DNA of 64,000 nucleotides from Bacteroidota bacterium (GCA_040387195.1 JAZKEF010000011.1:172077-236076), one strand, 5' to 3'. Shown: positions 1-10,028, counted from the stretch's first letter. The notes: generated by a model not told the origin, from the sequence alone. Made by a program: numbers and translations.

Positions 1-110
1 CCAAAATAGCTTTGTGCAAATCCAAAAAGGTTTGCGTGGATTTAATTTCAATCACACGAAAAATATCTTCGTAATCTTCAAACGTAATTTTGAATTTGTA
101 TACCGCCATG
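1..110 (-). CDS. Partial CDS, N-terminus only, running off the window start. Resembles the N-terminus of the pRiA4b ORF-3-like family.
   Basis: Reverse strand ATG at 108-110 gives MAVYKFKITFEDYEDIFRVIEIKSTQTFLDLHKAIL. The pattern Y-x-hKhThxD...IaRRIeV...TL.DLH.hIq is typical of the pRiA4b ORF-3-like N-terminal domain. Truncated by the window edge. Confidence 0.35.
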
Positions 111-220
111 TACTAATGCTTTTATTATGTGAGCAAAATTACATTTTTAACTGAAACAAGTAAGCCAAATTTTTGGGTCAGCATAAATCGCGAATGGCTT
201 TGTAAATGAGTATGATAACG

Positions 221-3200
221 CTATTTTAGCAATGTTACATTATCTTTAACGGTATGTATTGATCCATCCCAGCCGGTGTAGGTAATGAGGTATACAAACA
301 CATCGCAGGTAACAGGATCATTCATAAATTCATTGGTAAAGAGGTGGTGTTTATCCTGTGTCTCAAATACCAGTTGACCCCATCTGTTGTATAGTTTAAG
401 ATGGTAATCCTTCACAAATACAGGCTTTGGATTCCAGTTGTCGTTCACATTATCATGATTGGGTGTAAACGCATTGGGTACATGCAGCAAAGGGGCCTGA
501 ATCAATTCAACCGTATTGGATACACTCCTGAATGGGGAATTGTTTTCGGAAGCCTCAATGGTGTAATAATATAAACCATTTTCGATGTTCAATTCTTTGT
601 CTGCCCAGTCGGTGGATTTGTAATAGGTGGTATTGGCTACAACAGGATCAATGGTTGGTTCCTTTCTGATGATGGCGTACTCGTTAAGTCCTTTTTTCCA
701 ATAGTCGTAATCGTTCCATTGCAATGTATGCACAAACGGACGGCTGTTTCCTTTGAGTAAAATACTGCAGGAGTGAAAAGACTGAGGGTTGCTGATTCCG
801 CAATCATTGGTTTGCTGCAACTCATAACAGTAAACACTTTTGTGAACGTCTACATGCTCATCCGCAAGGAACGTGTCGTTTACATCAGTACGTGTTGCAT
901 ATAAGGCGTAGGAGGTATTATTGATTTCATCTTTCCGGAATATATTGTACCTAAAAAAGTCGCCTTCCGCACTTTTTTGCCATTGCAGCAGAATGTTCTT
1001 GTTTTCCTTTACTGTTGTTGTATAAATATAAATGGGAGCAGGAGGGGATATATTTTTGATAACGGTACACGATAAGGTAGCCGAATCGCCTGTAACCTCG
1101 CAGGTATTAATGGCATAGGCTGTGTAACAGATATTGTTTTGCTCGTTGTTAATGGCGTCCTTGTCTTCAATCATAAAGGCATCAAGGTTGGTTACCACGG
1201 CCAATTGATCCCATGTGCCGTTTGTGTTTTTGCGAAGCAATACATAACGCGAAAAATACTTACCAGGGTTAGCTGGTTTACTCCACCTTACCATTGCACT
1301 GTTGGGACCTGTAGAACGAATGCATTGCAACACAGGCGGAGGTGGGGGCGGAGGGAGCAATACAATAATTTTAACAGTAGCTTTCTGGGTTCGCGATTGC
1401 GGACACTGATTATCACGAACCAATAATTGCAACAAAATAGTATCGGTGCCTCGTTTCGTGTCATCACATAACGAACGCCATGCAATAGAGTATGTTGCTT
1501 TTTGCAATCCGGCAATATGTTGAAAGGATAATACCCTGTTGGTTGCAAAAATATTTCCTCCGGCAGAGATAAAAACAGAATCGAATGGATTAATGGATTC
1601 CGTATTGAATACATATGAAAGAGTATCGGTAGCTGTTACATACAGGATTGTATCCGCGTGGTTAAAGAGTGCAAGATTGGTATCATTCTGGAACAGGGAA
1701 CAAATATTGCGGGAAGGCACCGAACCGCTATCACAGGTATTCACTGTTCGGATAAAGTAACAATAGTTTTCAGTGAGATGATTGTAAGCGTTGGTATCAA
1801 CATACTGCGTATCGGAAACCAGACTGGTGGTTCTGAACAAACTAAAAGGAGCGCTTCCGTTTTTTCGGTAAATATCGTATTGTTTAAAATACTTGAGGCT
1901 TGAAGGTGCAGTCCATTTTATCACCACCGTTGAGTCATTGCGCGTTTGCAAACATTGCGGATAAGGAGGATCCAAAACAGGTGGAGGGGTTACCAGGATT
2001 TTGATTTTACCGGTTGAGATATTGGGAATAGGGCAAGCATTATCGCTTGCCGTAATTGTGATAAAAACGGTATCAGGACTGATATGCGAACATAACGTCT
2101 TCCAGTTAAGCGTTGCACTTGCAAAGTTTTTACCTTTACCCATAAGCACTGTAGCGGGATTGTTGCTGATGCCGAATACATCTCCGCTCACTGTGGCCGT
2201 TACCGAATCTCCATCGGAGTCAATAATGTAGGTTGTGAATGTCAATTCATCAGTGGCACGGATTGAAATAAAGGTATCTCTTATAATAGGAGCATTGTCA
2301 GATGTATTCAAACTGAATTTGAACAATGCATTGTTGCATCCGCCAAGGTTTGGATTATTCGGGCGTTTTCCATTATTTGTTCTGCAGTAGGCATCAGGTG
2401 TTGTGGGGAAATCGGAATACCCACCGCAACCTGCACAAACAGATTGGTAAACTACCCCTCTTTTATCAAATCTGCTGGTACCCCCATCCACATGCTCATG
2501 GCTGAAAGCACCGCCATAATAGGTTGCATAGGAAAGCTGCTTCAAATCAGGTTCAAATACGGCAAGGTAAAAATCGCTGCCGTCTGTACTTTTTTGAAAT
2601 CCATTTAACGTTAATGGCATGCTAAAAGTACTGCTTGTTGCACCATTATATCCATTATTGGTTGACCCTCCCCAACCTGCAACATAAACACGGTCGCATT
2701 TATCAACCAAAAAAGCTGAGGGGGAGAGTCCGGGCGAAGCGGCATTAGGAGCCCCGAAAACAGAAGATAACCGGATGGAATCAAGGTTATTGTTTAGGCT
2801 TGTAATAAATTGTTTCGCCCGAACATTGTTATATACTGCGCCTTTTACAGGGAAGTTACCTTCCGTTTGGCCCGTAACAAAAATGTTATTCTTGCTGTCA
2901 ATATCAATAAAGTAAGCCTGATCATATAAAGGAGTGCCAAGGTAAACCAGCTTTTGCAGGCTGTTGCCTATAGCCCCGATCTTGGCCACAAAAGCATCAA
3001 CATAACCTTTATAACTCAATGCTCCTTGAAACTTGCCAATATTGGGGCTTGACGTTCCTCCACACACAAAGATGGAATTGAGAGGATCTATAATCAGACT
3101 GTATGCGGCATCATCACCCACTCCTCCAAGGTAACTCGAAAACAGAACAAAGGAAAGGTCGGCCGTTAGCCTGAATACACATCCATCCTGATTGCCTCCA

Positions 3201-4552
3201 CCAAAAGTCGGTTGAAAGGCATTTGCAATAGGATACCCGTCTGCCATCTCCGATTCGGTAACAGAAGCCACGCACACATTTTCATTTTTATCCAGTAAAA
3301 TGGAACCCCTGTAGCAATCACCATAGTTGTAGGATAGCGGACTAATGGAGTCAAAAAGGCCAACGGTTTTTCCATTGATACCATCATTCTTACCTCCCCC
3401 CCAAAAGGTTGAATACCTAAGTGTCTTTCCATCAGAAGATAAGCAGGACACGAACATATCATAGGCTCCATTATAGCTTCTATCATGGGCAGATGTTGTT
3501 GTTGGAAACGTGGAAGAGCTTGTTGTTCCCAGAATATATAGATCACCGGCTTTGTTGCAAATAATACTATGTGGCTGTTCATCACCATTCCCTCCAAGAT
3601 AGGTGGCATATAAGAGTTCAGTACCCGTCTCGTTAAACTTCAGTATTCCTGCATCCCTAGATCCTCCAAGTGAAAAATTAAGCTGATATGCCCCGAATGT
3701 AACCGGAAACCCTGCGCTGAAAACGGTACCTCCGGCAAATCCATTTCCGAGTTCATCATATGTTCCGGTGTACCCAAAGTTATCGGCAACCGAGCCGGAG
3801 AATGTACCGAAGATGATATCAGGATCAATAACAAGCGCCTGCTCTTTGGAATAGGAACCAAGCCTGAAGCTCACTTCAGAACCCGACATGTGATATGAAC
3901 ATTCAACCTTGTTTTGCTGTTGAAATGCAACTGGAGTCTCTTCCTTAATATTGGCAACACTTGTTTGAATGAGCAAGCTGTTTCCTTGCAGTTGGATCTT
4001 GTCCTGTCCTTCGTATTTCAGCTTAATGAGGGATGGGTCTGCCCCCGGCTGCACTAAAAAGTTTAGTTTGAGATAACCCTCCAGTCCAATGATTTCGGCA
4101 GCAATACCGGGATAGATATTTTGGAGGATTACACTTTCATAAGCCTTGCAATGCGAAGCCCATTGTGTTTGGTTGCCTATATAGTAGTTGTAATATTCGC
4201 TGTATACAGCTCCTTTATGGACACTTACTCCCGCGGATTTGCTACCTTTAAATACCATGCGGTAATTATGGGCATTTACCAGTTTGTTTTTTGCTGTCGA
4301 GTGGTTGAGTTCATGTATTTGCTGCTCATCAACCAAAGCATACACCAATCCTTTCGCAGTAATAAAAACGTCACCTCCGGGAATATTGGCTTTAAACAAA
4401 ACCTCGGCATTCCACTGTCCTTTGTTCTCTATAAGTTTGATGTTTCCTGACGACTTAACCGGTGCCGGCCCATCATGGGCCATACCTTTTGCTCCACTTA
4501 TTGCAATAAGCAATAGCGTCACCAACAGACGATATGTATTTCTGATAATCAA
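221..4552 (-). CDS. Giant secreted T9SS cargo protein, 1443 aa. It has an SBBP/beta-propeller-like region, repeated Fn3-like modules joined by poly-Pro linkers, and a type B (gliding-motility-associated) C-terminal sorting domain.
   Basis: N-terminal signal peptide MIIRNTYRLLVTLLLIAISGAKG. Recurring module PPPP(PPP)VL..C.....(N/D)S..V.W..P......F..Y.(L/I)(Y/F)RK.. appears at least 4 times. The C-terminal about 90 aa (NAFTPNHDNVNDNW...YNRWGQLVFETQD...) is the classic CHU_C/type-B T9SS CTD. Confidence 0.8.
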   Translation of the reverse strand: MIIRNTYRLLVTLLLIAISGAKGMAHDGPAPVKSSGNIKLIENKGQWNAEVLFKANIPGGDVFITAKGLVYALVDEQQIHELNHSTAKNKLVNAHNYRMVFKGSKSAGVSVHKGAVYSEYYNYYIGNQTQWASHCKAYESVILQNIYPGIAAEIIGLEGYLKLNFLVQPGADPSLIKLKYEGQDKIQLQGNSLLIQTSVANIKEETPVAFQQQNKVECSYHMSGSEVSFRLGSYSKEQALVIDPDIIFGTFSGSVADNFGYTGTYDELGNGFAGGTVFSAGFPVTFGAYQLNFSLGGSRDAGILKFNETGTELLYATYLGGNGDEQPHSIICNKAGDLYILGTTSSSTFPTTTSAHDRSYNGAYDMFVSCLSSDGKTLRYSTFWGGGKNDGINGKTVGLFDSISPLSYNYGDCYRGSILLDKNENVCVASVTESEMADGYPIANAFQPTFGGGNQDGCVFRLTADLSFVLFSSYLGGVGDDAAYSLIIDPLNSIFVCGGTSSPNIGKFQGALSYKGYVDAFVAKIGAIGNSLQKLVYLGTPLYDQAYFIDIDSKNNIFVTGQTEGNFPVKGAVYNNVRAKQFITSLNNNLDSIRLSSVFGAPNAASPGLSPSAFLVDKCDRVYVAGWGGSTNNGYNGATSSTFSMPLTLNGFQKSTDGSDFYLAVFEPDLKQLSYATYYGGAFSHEHVDGGTSRFDKRGVVYQSVCAGCGGYSDFPTTPDAYCRTNNGKRPNNPNLGGCNNALFKFSLNTSDNAPIIRDTFISIRATDELTFTTYIIDSDGDSVTATVSGDVFGISNNPATVLMGKGKNFASATLNWKTLCSHISPDTVFITITASDNACPIPNISTGKIKILVTPPPVLDPPYPQCLQTRNDSTVVIKWTAPSSLKYFKQYDIYRKNGSAPFSLFRTTSLVSDTQYVDTNAYNHLTENYCYFIRTVNTCDSGSVPSRNICSLFQNDTNLALFNHADTILYVTATDTLSYVFNTESINPFDSVFISAGGNIFATNRVLSFQHIAGLQKATYSIAWRSLCDDTKRGTDTILLQLLVRDNQCPQSRTQKATVKIIVLLPPPPPPPVLQCIRSTGPNSAMVRWSKPANPGKYFSRYVLLRKNTNGTWDQLAVVTNLDAFMIEDKDAINNEQNNICYTAYAINTCEVTGDSATLSCTVIKNISPPAPIYIYTTTVKENKNILLQWQKSAEGDFFRYNIFRKDEINNTSYALYATRTDVNDTFLADEHVDVHKSVYCYELQQTNDCGISNPQSFHSCSILLKGNSRPFVHTLQWNDYDYWKKGLNEYAIIRKEPTIDPVVANTTYYKSTDWADKELNIENGLYYYTIEASENNSPFRSVSNTVELIQAPLLHVPNAFTPNHDNVNDNWNPKPVFVKDYHLKLYNRWGQLVFETQDKHHLFTNEFMNDPVTCDVFVYLITYTGWDGSIHTVKDNVTLLK

Positions 4553-4622
4553 GGCTTACTGACAAATTTAACCTAAATCGGGTAATTGAGGCTATTCTCT
4601 TCTAAATTTACAGGGTTAAAAA

Positions 4623-5342
4623 TTGTTTAAAAAACACTTAAAAAAGGTAGACGTGAATAAACAGAAATTGGTTGTATTGACCGGAGCCGGAATAAGTGCC
4701 GAAAGCGGCCTGCAAACATTCAGGGATAGTGATGGATTATGGGAAGGCCACAATATACAGGATGTGGCAACTCCCGAGGCATGGCATCGCAACCCGGTAA
4801 TGGTTCAGGATTTTTACAACATGCGCAGAAAAGGAGTGCTTGAGGCACAACCCAACACGGCACATATGATGCTTGCCGATCTGGAAAAACAGTATGACGT
4901 GCACATTATTACCCAAAACATAGACAACTTACACGAGCGTGCCGGTTCAACCAACGTGTTGCATCTGCATGGTATCATCACCAAAGCACAAAGTACCCGT
5001 AATCCGTATCTTGTGTATGATATTGAAGGATGGGAATTAAAGATGGGAGATACGTGCGAATTAGGTTCACAGCTGCGTCCGTTCATTGTATGGTTTGGTG
5101 AAGCGGTTCCCGAAATAGAGCGCGCAGCCGATATTGTATCACAGGCCGACATGTTCATGATCATCGGAACCTCGCTGGTTGTGTATCCTGCTGCCGGATT
5201 GGTGCATTATGCTTCACCTCGCATTCCAATTTACATTATCGATAAAGGTGCTCCGGAGTTTCGTCCGTCACCGCGTATTACCTTTATTCAGCAACCGGCA
5301 ACCATTGGCCTCGAGCAATGGATAATGGCCAACCATTCTTGA
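4623..5342 (+). CDS. cobB: NAD-dependent protein deacylase, Sir2/CobB family.
   Basis: GAGISAESGLQTFRDSDGLW Rossmann/NAD motif, QNIDNLHERAGS, catalytic His in the HLHG context, and GTSLVVYPAAG. Length is 239 aa. No CxxC...CxxC zinc-ribbon cysteines are visible. Confidence 0.85.
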   Translation: MFKKHLKKVDVNKQKLVVLTGAGISAESGLQTFRDSDGLWEGHNIQDVATPEAWHRNPVMVQDFYNMRRKGVLEAQPNTAHMMLADLEKQYDVHIITQNIDNLHERAGSTNVLHLHGIITKAQSTRNPYLVYDIEGWELKMGDTCELGSQLRPFIVWFGEAVPEIERAADIVSQADMFMIIGTSLVVYPAAGLVHYASPRIPIYIIDKGAPEFRPSPRITFIQQPATIGLEQWIMANHS

Positions 5343-5647
5343 GTGTTTGTATCCTGTAATTGGTGAATAGTTTCTTCTTTCAATATTCAGTATTTAATAT
5401 TTCCTCAGTATTTCGAATTTCGAAATTGAATATTCTACTTTGTTTAACCCTTCTTTTAACCGCTCATGTATCCGTTGTGATAAGCGGTATCCCCATATAA
5501 AATGATATTCCCTTTGGTGTAATACTACGTGCGCACGCTTTTTGCTCGTATTAGCTTTGATCATGAAACGAAGCGGTTATTGTTTTTGTGGAATTGTTTG
5601 TAACAAATAAAGCAGCCGGTTCGTATCACCCCTAAACCCATAACAAT

Positions 5648-6493
5648 ATGAAAAGGCAAATTTTATTCACCATTACCGCATGTATTTCTCTTTTAGGATT
5701 TGGGAAAGTAACTCCGGAGTTTTCTCCCAATCAGGATGTAGCATTATGCGGACCCACAGATGTATTCTTTGTATGTACCGCTCCATTAGATCCCGACAAT
5801 ATTTGGTGGGATTTTGGAGATGGAAACCTGGGTACAGGTCTTAATCCCACTCATCGCTATACTACCACCGGAGTATATTCCGTAAAAATGATTGTAGAAA
5901 AAGGGGGGATTAAAGACAGCGTAACCAAAATTGATTTTATTACCCTCAAACCAAAACCGGTATCGGCATTTAAGTCCGATATTATGGAAGTACCGGTAGC
6001 ATTCCAGCGTAAGTTTAAGTTTAACGGAGAAGCCAATGCCGATAGTGTGACTCAATACAATTGGATGGTTAACGGAACAGCTGTTGCCGGTAATGGCACC
6101 ATGACGCATACCTTTCCTGCCAATGGAGTTTATTTGGTTTCGCTAACAATTACCAACAGTGAAGGCTGTTCGGATGAACACGCTGATTCAGTAACCATTG
6201 ATGATGACGACCAGCCGACAGGAGTCCCCACCACCTCAGCTTCTGATAAGTTTTCAGTATCTGTTGTATTGAACCAGCCGTTGATTGTAATTAACCGTAA
6301 CGCTGCATTGCAAGAAGAGGCAACAATAAATGTCCTTGATATTACCGGGCGCGTAGTGGTTCGTACAAAAATGCATAAAGGGGAATCATCCATCCGGATG
6401 AAAACGGATGAACTATGGCCTGGAGCTTATATAGTGGAGCTTAGCAGTCAAACGTTCAAGGCTGCCAAGCGTTTTGATAAGATTATGTTGTAA
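5648..6493 (+). CDS. Secreted PKD-domain protein with a type A T9SS C-terminal sorting domain.
   Basis: Signal peptide. PKD signature WDFGDGNLGTGLNPTHRYTTTGVYSVKMIV and a second PKD-like repeat (NWMVNGT...VYLVSLTITNSEGCSDEH). C-terminus ...INVLDITGRVV...GAYIVELSSQTFKAAKRFDKIML is a Por_Secre_tail-like CTD. Confidence 0.8.
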   Translation: MKRQILFTITACISLLGFGKVTPEFSPNQDVALCGPTDVFFVCTAPLDPDNIWWDFGDGNLGTGLNPTHRYTTTGVYSVKMIVEKGGIKDSVTKIDFITLKPKPVSAFKSDIMEVPVAFQRKFKFNGEANADSVTQYNWMVNGTAVAGNGTMTHTFPANGVYLVSLTITNSEGCSDEHADSVTIDDDDQPTGVPTTSASDKFSVSVVLNQPLIVINRNAALQEEATINVLDITGRVVVRTKMHKGESSIRMKTDELWPGAYIVELSSQTFKAAKRFDKIML

Positions 6494-6610
6494 CAATATT
6501 GAAATTGGTCCCCGGGCAGCTCAGGTTGTTTCATTGGTGTATATTAGGCAATTCGGATAGGTTTCGCAATCATCTGTTTATGGGCTTCCGGGGATACAAT
6601 TTCGACAATA

Positions 6611-6636
6611 AATGGGTCAATTCAGACCCATTTTAG
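6611..6636 (+). terminator. Hairpin with an 8-bp stem followed by a T-rich tract, lying 13 nt before the pepO start. Possibly a terminator for the upstream PKD gene or a pepO leader structure.
   Basis: aatgggtc-aattca-gacccatt followed by ttagtatt. In addition, TCCCCGG (about 6520) pairs with CCGGGGA (about 6582), so the leader could form a longer structure. Confidence 0.35.
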
Positions 6637-6648
6637 TATTATTGAGGT

Positions 6649-8685
6649 ATGAAAACGAAAACAATACTTTTGGCATCAGCAGCCACCTTGCTTATCGGTG
6701 GGGCTTTTGTCTACAAATCAGGCGAAAAGGGAGTGGATGTACAATCAATGGATAAAAAGGCAAATCCACGTACCGACTTCAATCAGTTTGCCAACGGGAA
6801 ATGGATTAAAAACAACCAGGTTCCTTCAACGGAAAGTCGCTGGACGAGCTTCAACGTAATTGCCGAACGCAATTATGATTTGTTGCGAACCATTCTGGAA
6901 ACTGCGGCAGCCGATAAAGCAGCCCCATACGGATCAGCACGTCAGAAGATTGGCGATTTTTATCGTGTGGCAATGGATACCAACAAACTTGAACTCGATA
7001 ATTATACTCCCTTAATGACTGACTTTGGTACCATCATGGTATTGGTGGATGCCAATGATGCAATGAGCTATGTTGGTAAAATGCACCGCAAAGGATTGCC
7101 TGCATTGTTTGGTTTCGGAATCAATCAGGATGTTAAAAAGAGTGATGAGTACGCTTGTTATTTATCACAAGCAGGTTTAGGATTACCTGACAGAGACTAT
7201 TATTTAAAGGAAGACGATAAAACGAAAAATATCCGCAAGGAATACCTCGCCCATATTTCGCGTACGTTCCAAATGATAGGTAGCAACAGTTCGGAAGGAG
7301 ATAAGATTGCTAAGGATATTTTGGAGTTTGAAACGGCATTGGCAAAAGCATCCATGACCCGCGTTGAACGCAGGGATCCGGATAAAACCTACAACAAAAA
7401 AACAATGGACGAACTGGTTGCCTTATATCCCAATATTAACTGGAAAGGATATTTTGAGCAAACAGGTTTGGCAAAGAAAAATCCGTCTACGTTTATTGTG
7501 GGCCAACCACTGTTTTTTGAAGAACTCAACAAACGCATGTCAGCAAGCAGCATTTTTACATTACGCAGTTATTTAAAATGGAAAACCATCAGTGCCTCGA
7601 GTGCATACCTGAGTAATCGTTTTGCACAAGAGTCATTCTATTTTTACAGCACAGTACTTACCGGAACCAAAGAGCAAAAACCACGCTGGAAACGTACTGT
7701 GAATCAGGCAAACAACCTTATCGGAGAGCTGGTAGCACAGGAGTATGTGAAAGTAGCATTTAGTGAAGAGTCGAAAAGACGCTTGAATGAGATGGTAGAT
7801 AACTTGCGTGAAGCTTTTAAGACGCGTATTCAAAACCTTGACTGGATGAGTGCCGAAACAAAAACCAAAGCACTGGAAAAACTCGCTTCTTTCAACCGCA
7901 AAATTGGCTATCCTGATAAGTGGACGGATTATACCAAACTGGAAATCAAAAACGATTCATATCTGGAAAATTATTTCAGGTCAAACATTTTCGATCACGA
8001 AGAAAATATAAACAGATTAGGTAAGCCCATTGATAAATCGGAATGGAACATGTTGCCGCAAACGGTAAATGCTTATTACAGTCCACTGATGAATGAGATT
8101 GTATTCCCTGCAGCTATTATGCAGCCTCCGTTTTTTGATCCAAGTGCTGATGATGCTGTAAATTATGGTGCCATAGGAGCTGTTATCGGCCATGAGTTTT
8201 CACATGGTTTTGATGATAAAGGTTGCAAGTTTGATGCGAAAGGAAACCTGAACAACTGGTGGACAGCAGAAGATAAATCCAAATTTGATGCACGCACCAA
8301 AATGATGGTTAACCAATACAGCCAATTCAAAGTGGAGGACAGTGTTTTTGTAAATGGTGAATTAACATTGGGAGAGAATATTGCCGACTTTGCCGGTTTA
8401 ACTGTATCATATGACGCTTACATGCTTTCACTTAAAGGAAAAGAAAGAAAAAAGATAAACGGATTTACTCCTGAGCAGCGTTTCTTTATCGGCTTTGCAC
8501 AAGTATGGAGAGGCAATGCCCGTCCTGAGTTCTTACGCCAGCAGGTTGTAACGGATCCGCATTCCCCTGCTCGTTTCAGGGTATTGGGACCATTATCCAA
8601 TATGCCTCAGTTTTACGAAGCGTTCGGAGTAAAACAGGGAGATGGCATGTATAGGGAAGATTCTGTGAGGGTTAAGATCTGGTAA
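6649..8685 (+). CDS. pepO: M13 family zinc metallopeptidase, neprilysin/PepO-like endopeptidase.
   Basis: Signal peptide. HExxH in VIGHEFSHGFDD, the GENIADxGG-like motif GENIADFAGL, and NAYY. A 678 aa length is typical of the M13 family. Confidence 0.9.
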   Translation: MKTKTILLASAATLLIGGAFVYKSGEKGVDVQSMDKKANPRTDFNQFANGKWIKNNQVPSTESRWTSFNVIAERNYDLLRTILETAAADKAAPYGSARQKIGDFYRVAMDTNKLELDNYTPLMTDFGTIMVLVDANDAMSYVGKMHRKGLPALFGFGINQDVKKSDEYACYLSQAGLGLPDRDYYLKEDDKTKNIRKEYLAHISRTFQMIGSNSSEGDKIAKDILEFETALAKASMTRVERRDPDKTYNKKTMDELVALYPNINWKGYFEQTGLAKKNPSTFIVGQPLFFEELNKRMSASSIFTLRSYLKWKTISASSAYLSNRFAQESFYFYSTVLTGTKEQKPRWKRTVNQANNLIGELVAQEYVKVAFSEESKRRLNEMVDNLREAFKTRIQNLDWMSAETKTKALEKLASFNRKIGYPDKWTDYTKLEIKNDSYLENYFRSNIFDHEENINRLGKPIDKSEWNMLPQTVNAYYSPLMNEIVFPAAIMQPPFFDPSADDAVNYGAIGAVIGHEFSHGFDDKGCKFDAKGNLNNWWTAEDKSKFDARTKMMVNQYSQFKVEDSVFVNGELTLGENIADFAGLTVSYDAYMLSLKGKERKKINGFTPEQRFFIGFAQVWRGNARPEFLRQQVVTDPHSPARFRVLGPLSNMPQFYEAFGVKQGDGMYREDSVRVKIW

Positions 8686-8708
8686 GAGGGTTTTAAAAAA
8701 GAAAAGAA

Positions 8709-8742
8709 GGCCGGTGTATTGACATACATCGGCCTTTGTGTT
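8709..8742 (+). terminator. Rho-independent terminator of pepO.
   Basis: ggccggtgtat-tgac-atacatcggcc forms an 11-bp stem with one G.U pair and a 4-nt loop, followed by tttgtgtt. It lies 24 nt after the pepO stop. Confidence 0.7.
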
Positions 8743-8826
8743 ATGATTCTGAGCATAAGCCTCAAACAATGCAGGCGTTGTTTCCTAATCATACAAGCCT
8801 TATTTTGCGGCCACTAATCTTAAAAC

Positions 8827-10026
8827 ATGCAATACGATATCGTTGTTATTGGCGGAGGGATCGTTGGTTTGGCCAGCGCTTATCATCTATTAAAGGAGCA
8901 CCCCGAATTAAAGGTGGCGGTTATTGAAAAAGAAAACGTACTCGCAGCCCATCAAACAGGACACAACAGTGGCGTGATTCACTCTGGCTTGTATTATAAA
9001 CCGGGAAGCTTAAAGGCAACCAATTGCATCAATGGATACAATATGCTACTGGATTTTTGCCGCGAAAACAATATACCGTTCGATTTATGCGGGAAGCTTG
9101 TTGTAGCTACCGAAGAATGGGAATTGCCGTTACTGGATAATTTATACAAACGGGGTTTGGAAAATGGCTTAACAGATATCAAATACATCGAAGCGAAAGA
9201 TATTCAAACGTACGAACCACATTTGGAAGGCGGACTCAAAGCCTTGCATGTGCCTTACACAGGTATTATTGATTATACCGAAGTTTGTATTAAAATGGCA
9301 GAGTGGGTTGAGAAATGGGGAGGAAAAGTATTCACCAATACCAAAGCAGAAGATATTGAAGAGTTCGCTAATTTTACGGTGATTAAAACCAACGCACAAT
9401 CTTTCGAAACCAGAATGATTGTGAATTGTGCCGGGTTGTATTGCGATAAGGTAGCACAAATGGCAGGTGAAAAAGTGGATACACGCATTATCCCTTTCCG
9501 AGGTGAATATTATATGCTTAAACCCGAAAAACGTTATTTGGTTAAAAACCTGATATACCCGGTTCCTGATCCCAATTTTCCATTTTTGGGAGTACACTTT
9601 ACCCGCATGATTGATGGTGGTGTGGAAGCAGGACCTAATGCAGTATTTGCATTCAAGCGTGAAGGTTACCATAAAACGGATGTTGATTTTAAAGAAATGT
9701 TTGAAAGTTTAATATGGCCAGGTTTTCAGAAGGTTGCCATGAAGTATTGGAAAACAGGTATTGGAGAATTTTACCGTTCGTTCAGCAAAACGGCATTCAC
9801 CAACGCGTTACGTAAATTTATTCCGCAAATTCAGGAAGACGATTTGATTCCGGCCGAAGCGGGCGTTAGGGCACAGGCATGTGATAGAGAAGGAGGTTTA
9901 CTCGATGATTTTAAAATTATAGAAAAGCCCCGTGCAGTTCACATTTTAAATGCGCCATCACCTGCAGCTACCTCAAGTTTATCGATAGGTAAAACAATCT
10001 CGGAGATGGTAGCTAAACACTTGTAA
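8827..10026 (+). CDS. lhgO: L-2-hydroxyglutarate oxidase/dehydrogenase (FAD-dependent).
   Basis: N-terminal FAD dinucleotide fold YDIVVIGGGIVGLASAY. ...HQTGHNSGVIHSGLYYKPGSLKA... is characteristic of the LhgO/YgaF family. Length 399 aa. Confidence 0.8.
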   Translation: MQYDIVVIGGGIVGLASAYHLLKEHPELKVAVIEKENVLAAHQTGHNSGVIHSGLYYKPGSLKATNCINGYNMLLDFCRENNIPFDLCGKLVVATEEWELPLLDNLYKRGLENGLTDIKYIEAKDIQTYEPHLEGGLKALHVPYTGIIDYTEVCIKMAEWVEKWGGKVFTNTKAEDIEEFANFTVIKTNAQSFETRMIVNCAGLYCDKVAQMAGEKVDTRIIPFRGEYYMLKPEKRYLVKNLIYPVPDPNFPFLGVHFTRMIDGGVEAGPNAVFAFKREGYHKTDVDFKEMFESLIWPGFQKVAMKYWKTGIGEFYRSFSKTAFTNALRKFIPQIQEDDLIPAEAGVRAQACDREGGLLDDFKIIEKPRAVHILNAPSPAATSSLSIGKTISEMVAKHL

Positions 10027-10028
10027 CT

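Noticed and set aside
5527-5536. Perfect 10-bp palindrome cgtgcgcacg followed by cttttt, considered as a terminator.
   Set aside because: A palindrome with no loop cannot form a stable hairpin. It lies 190 nt after the sir2 stop. Possibly a protein-binding site, but there is no supporting evidence.
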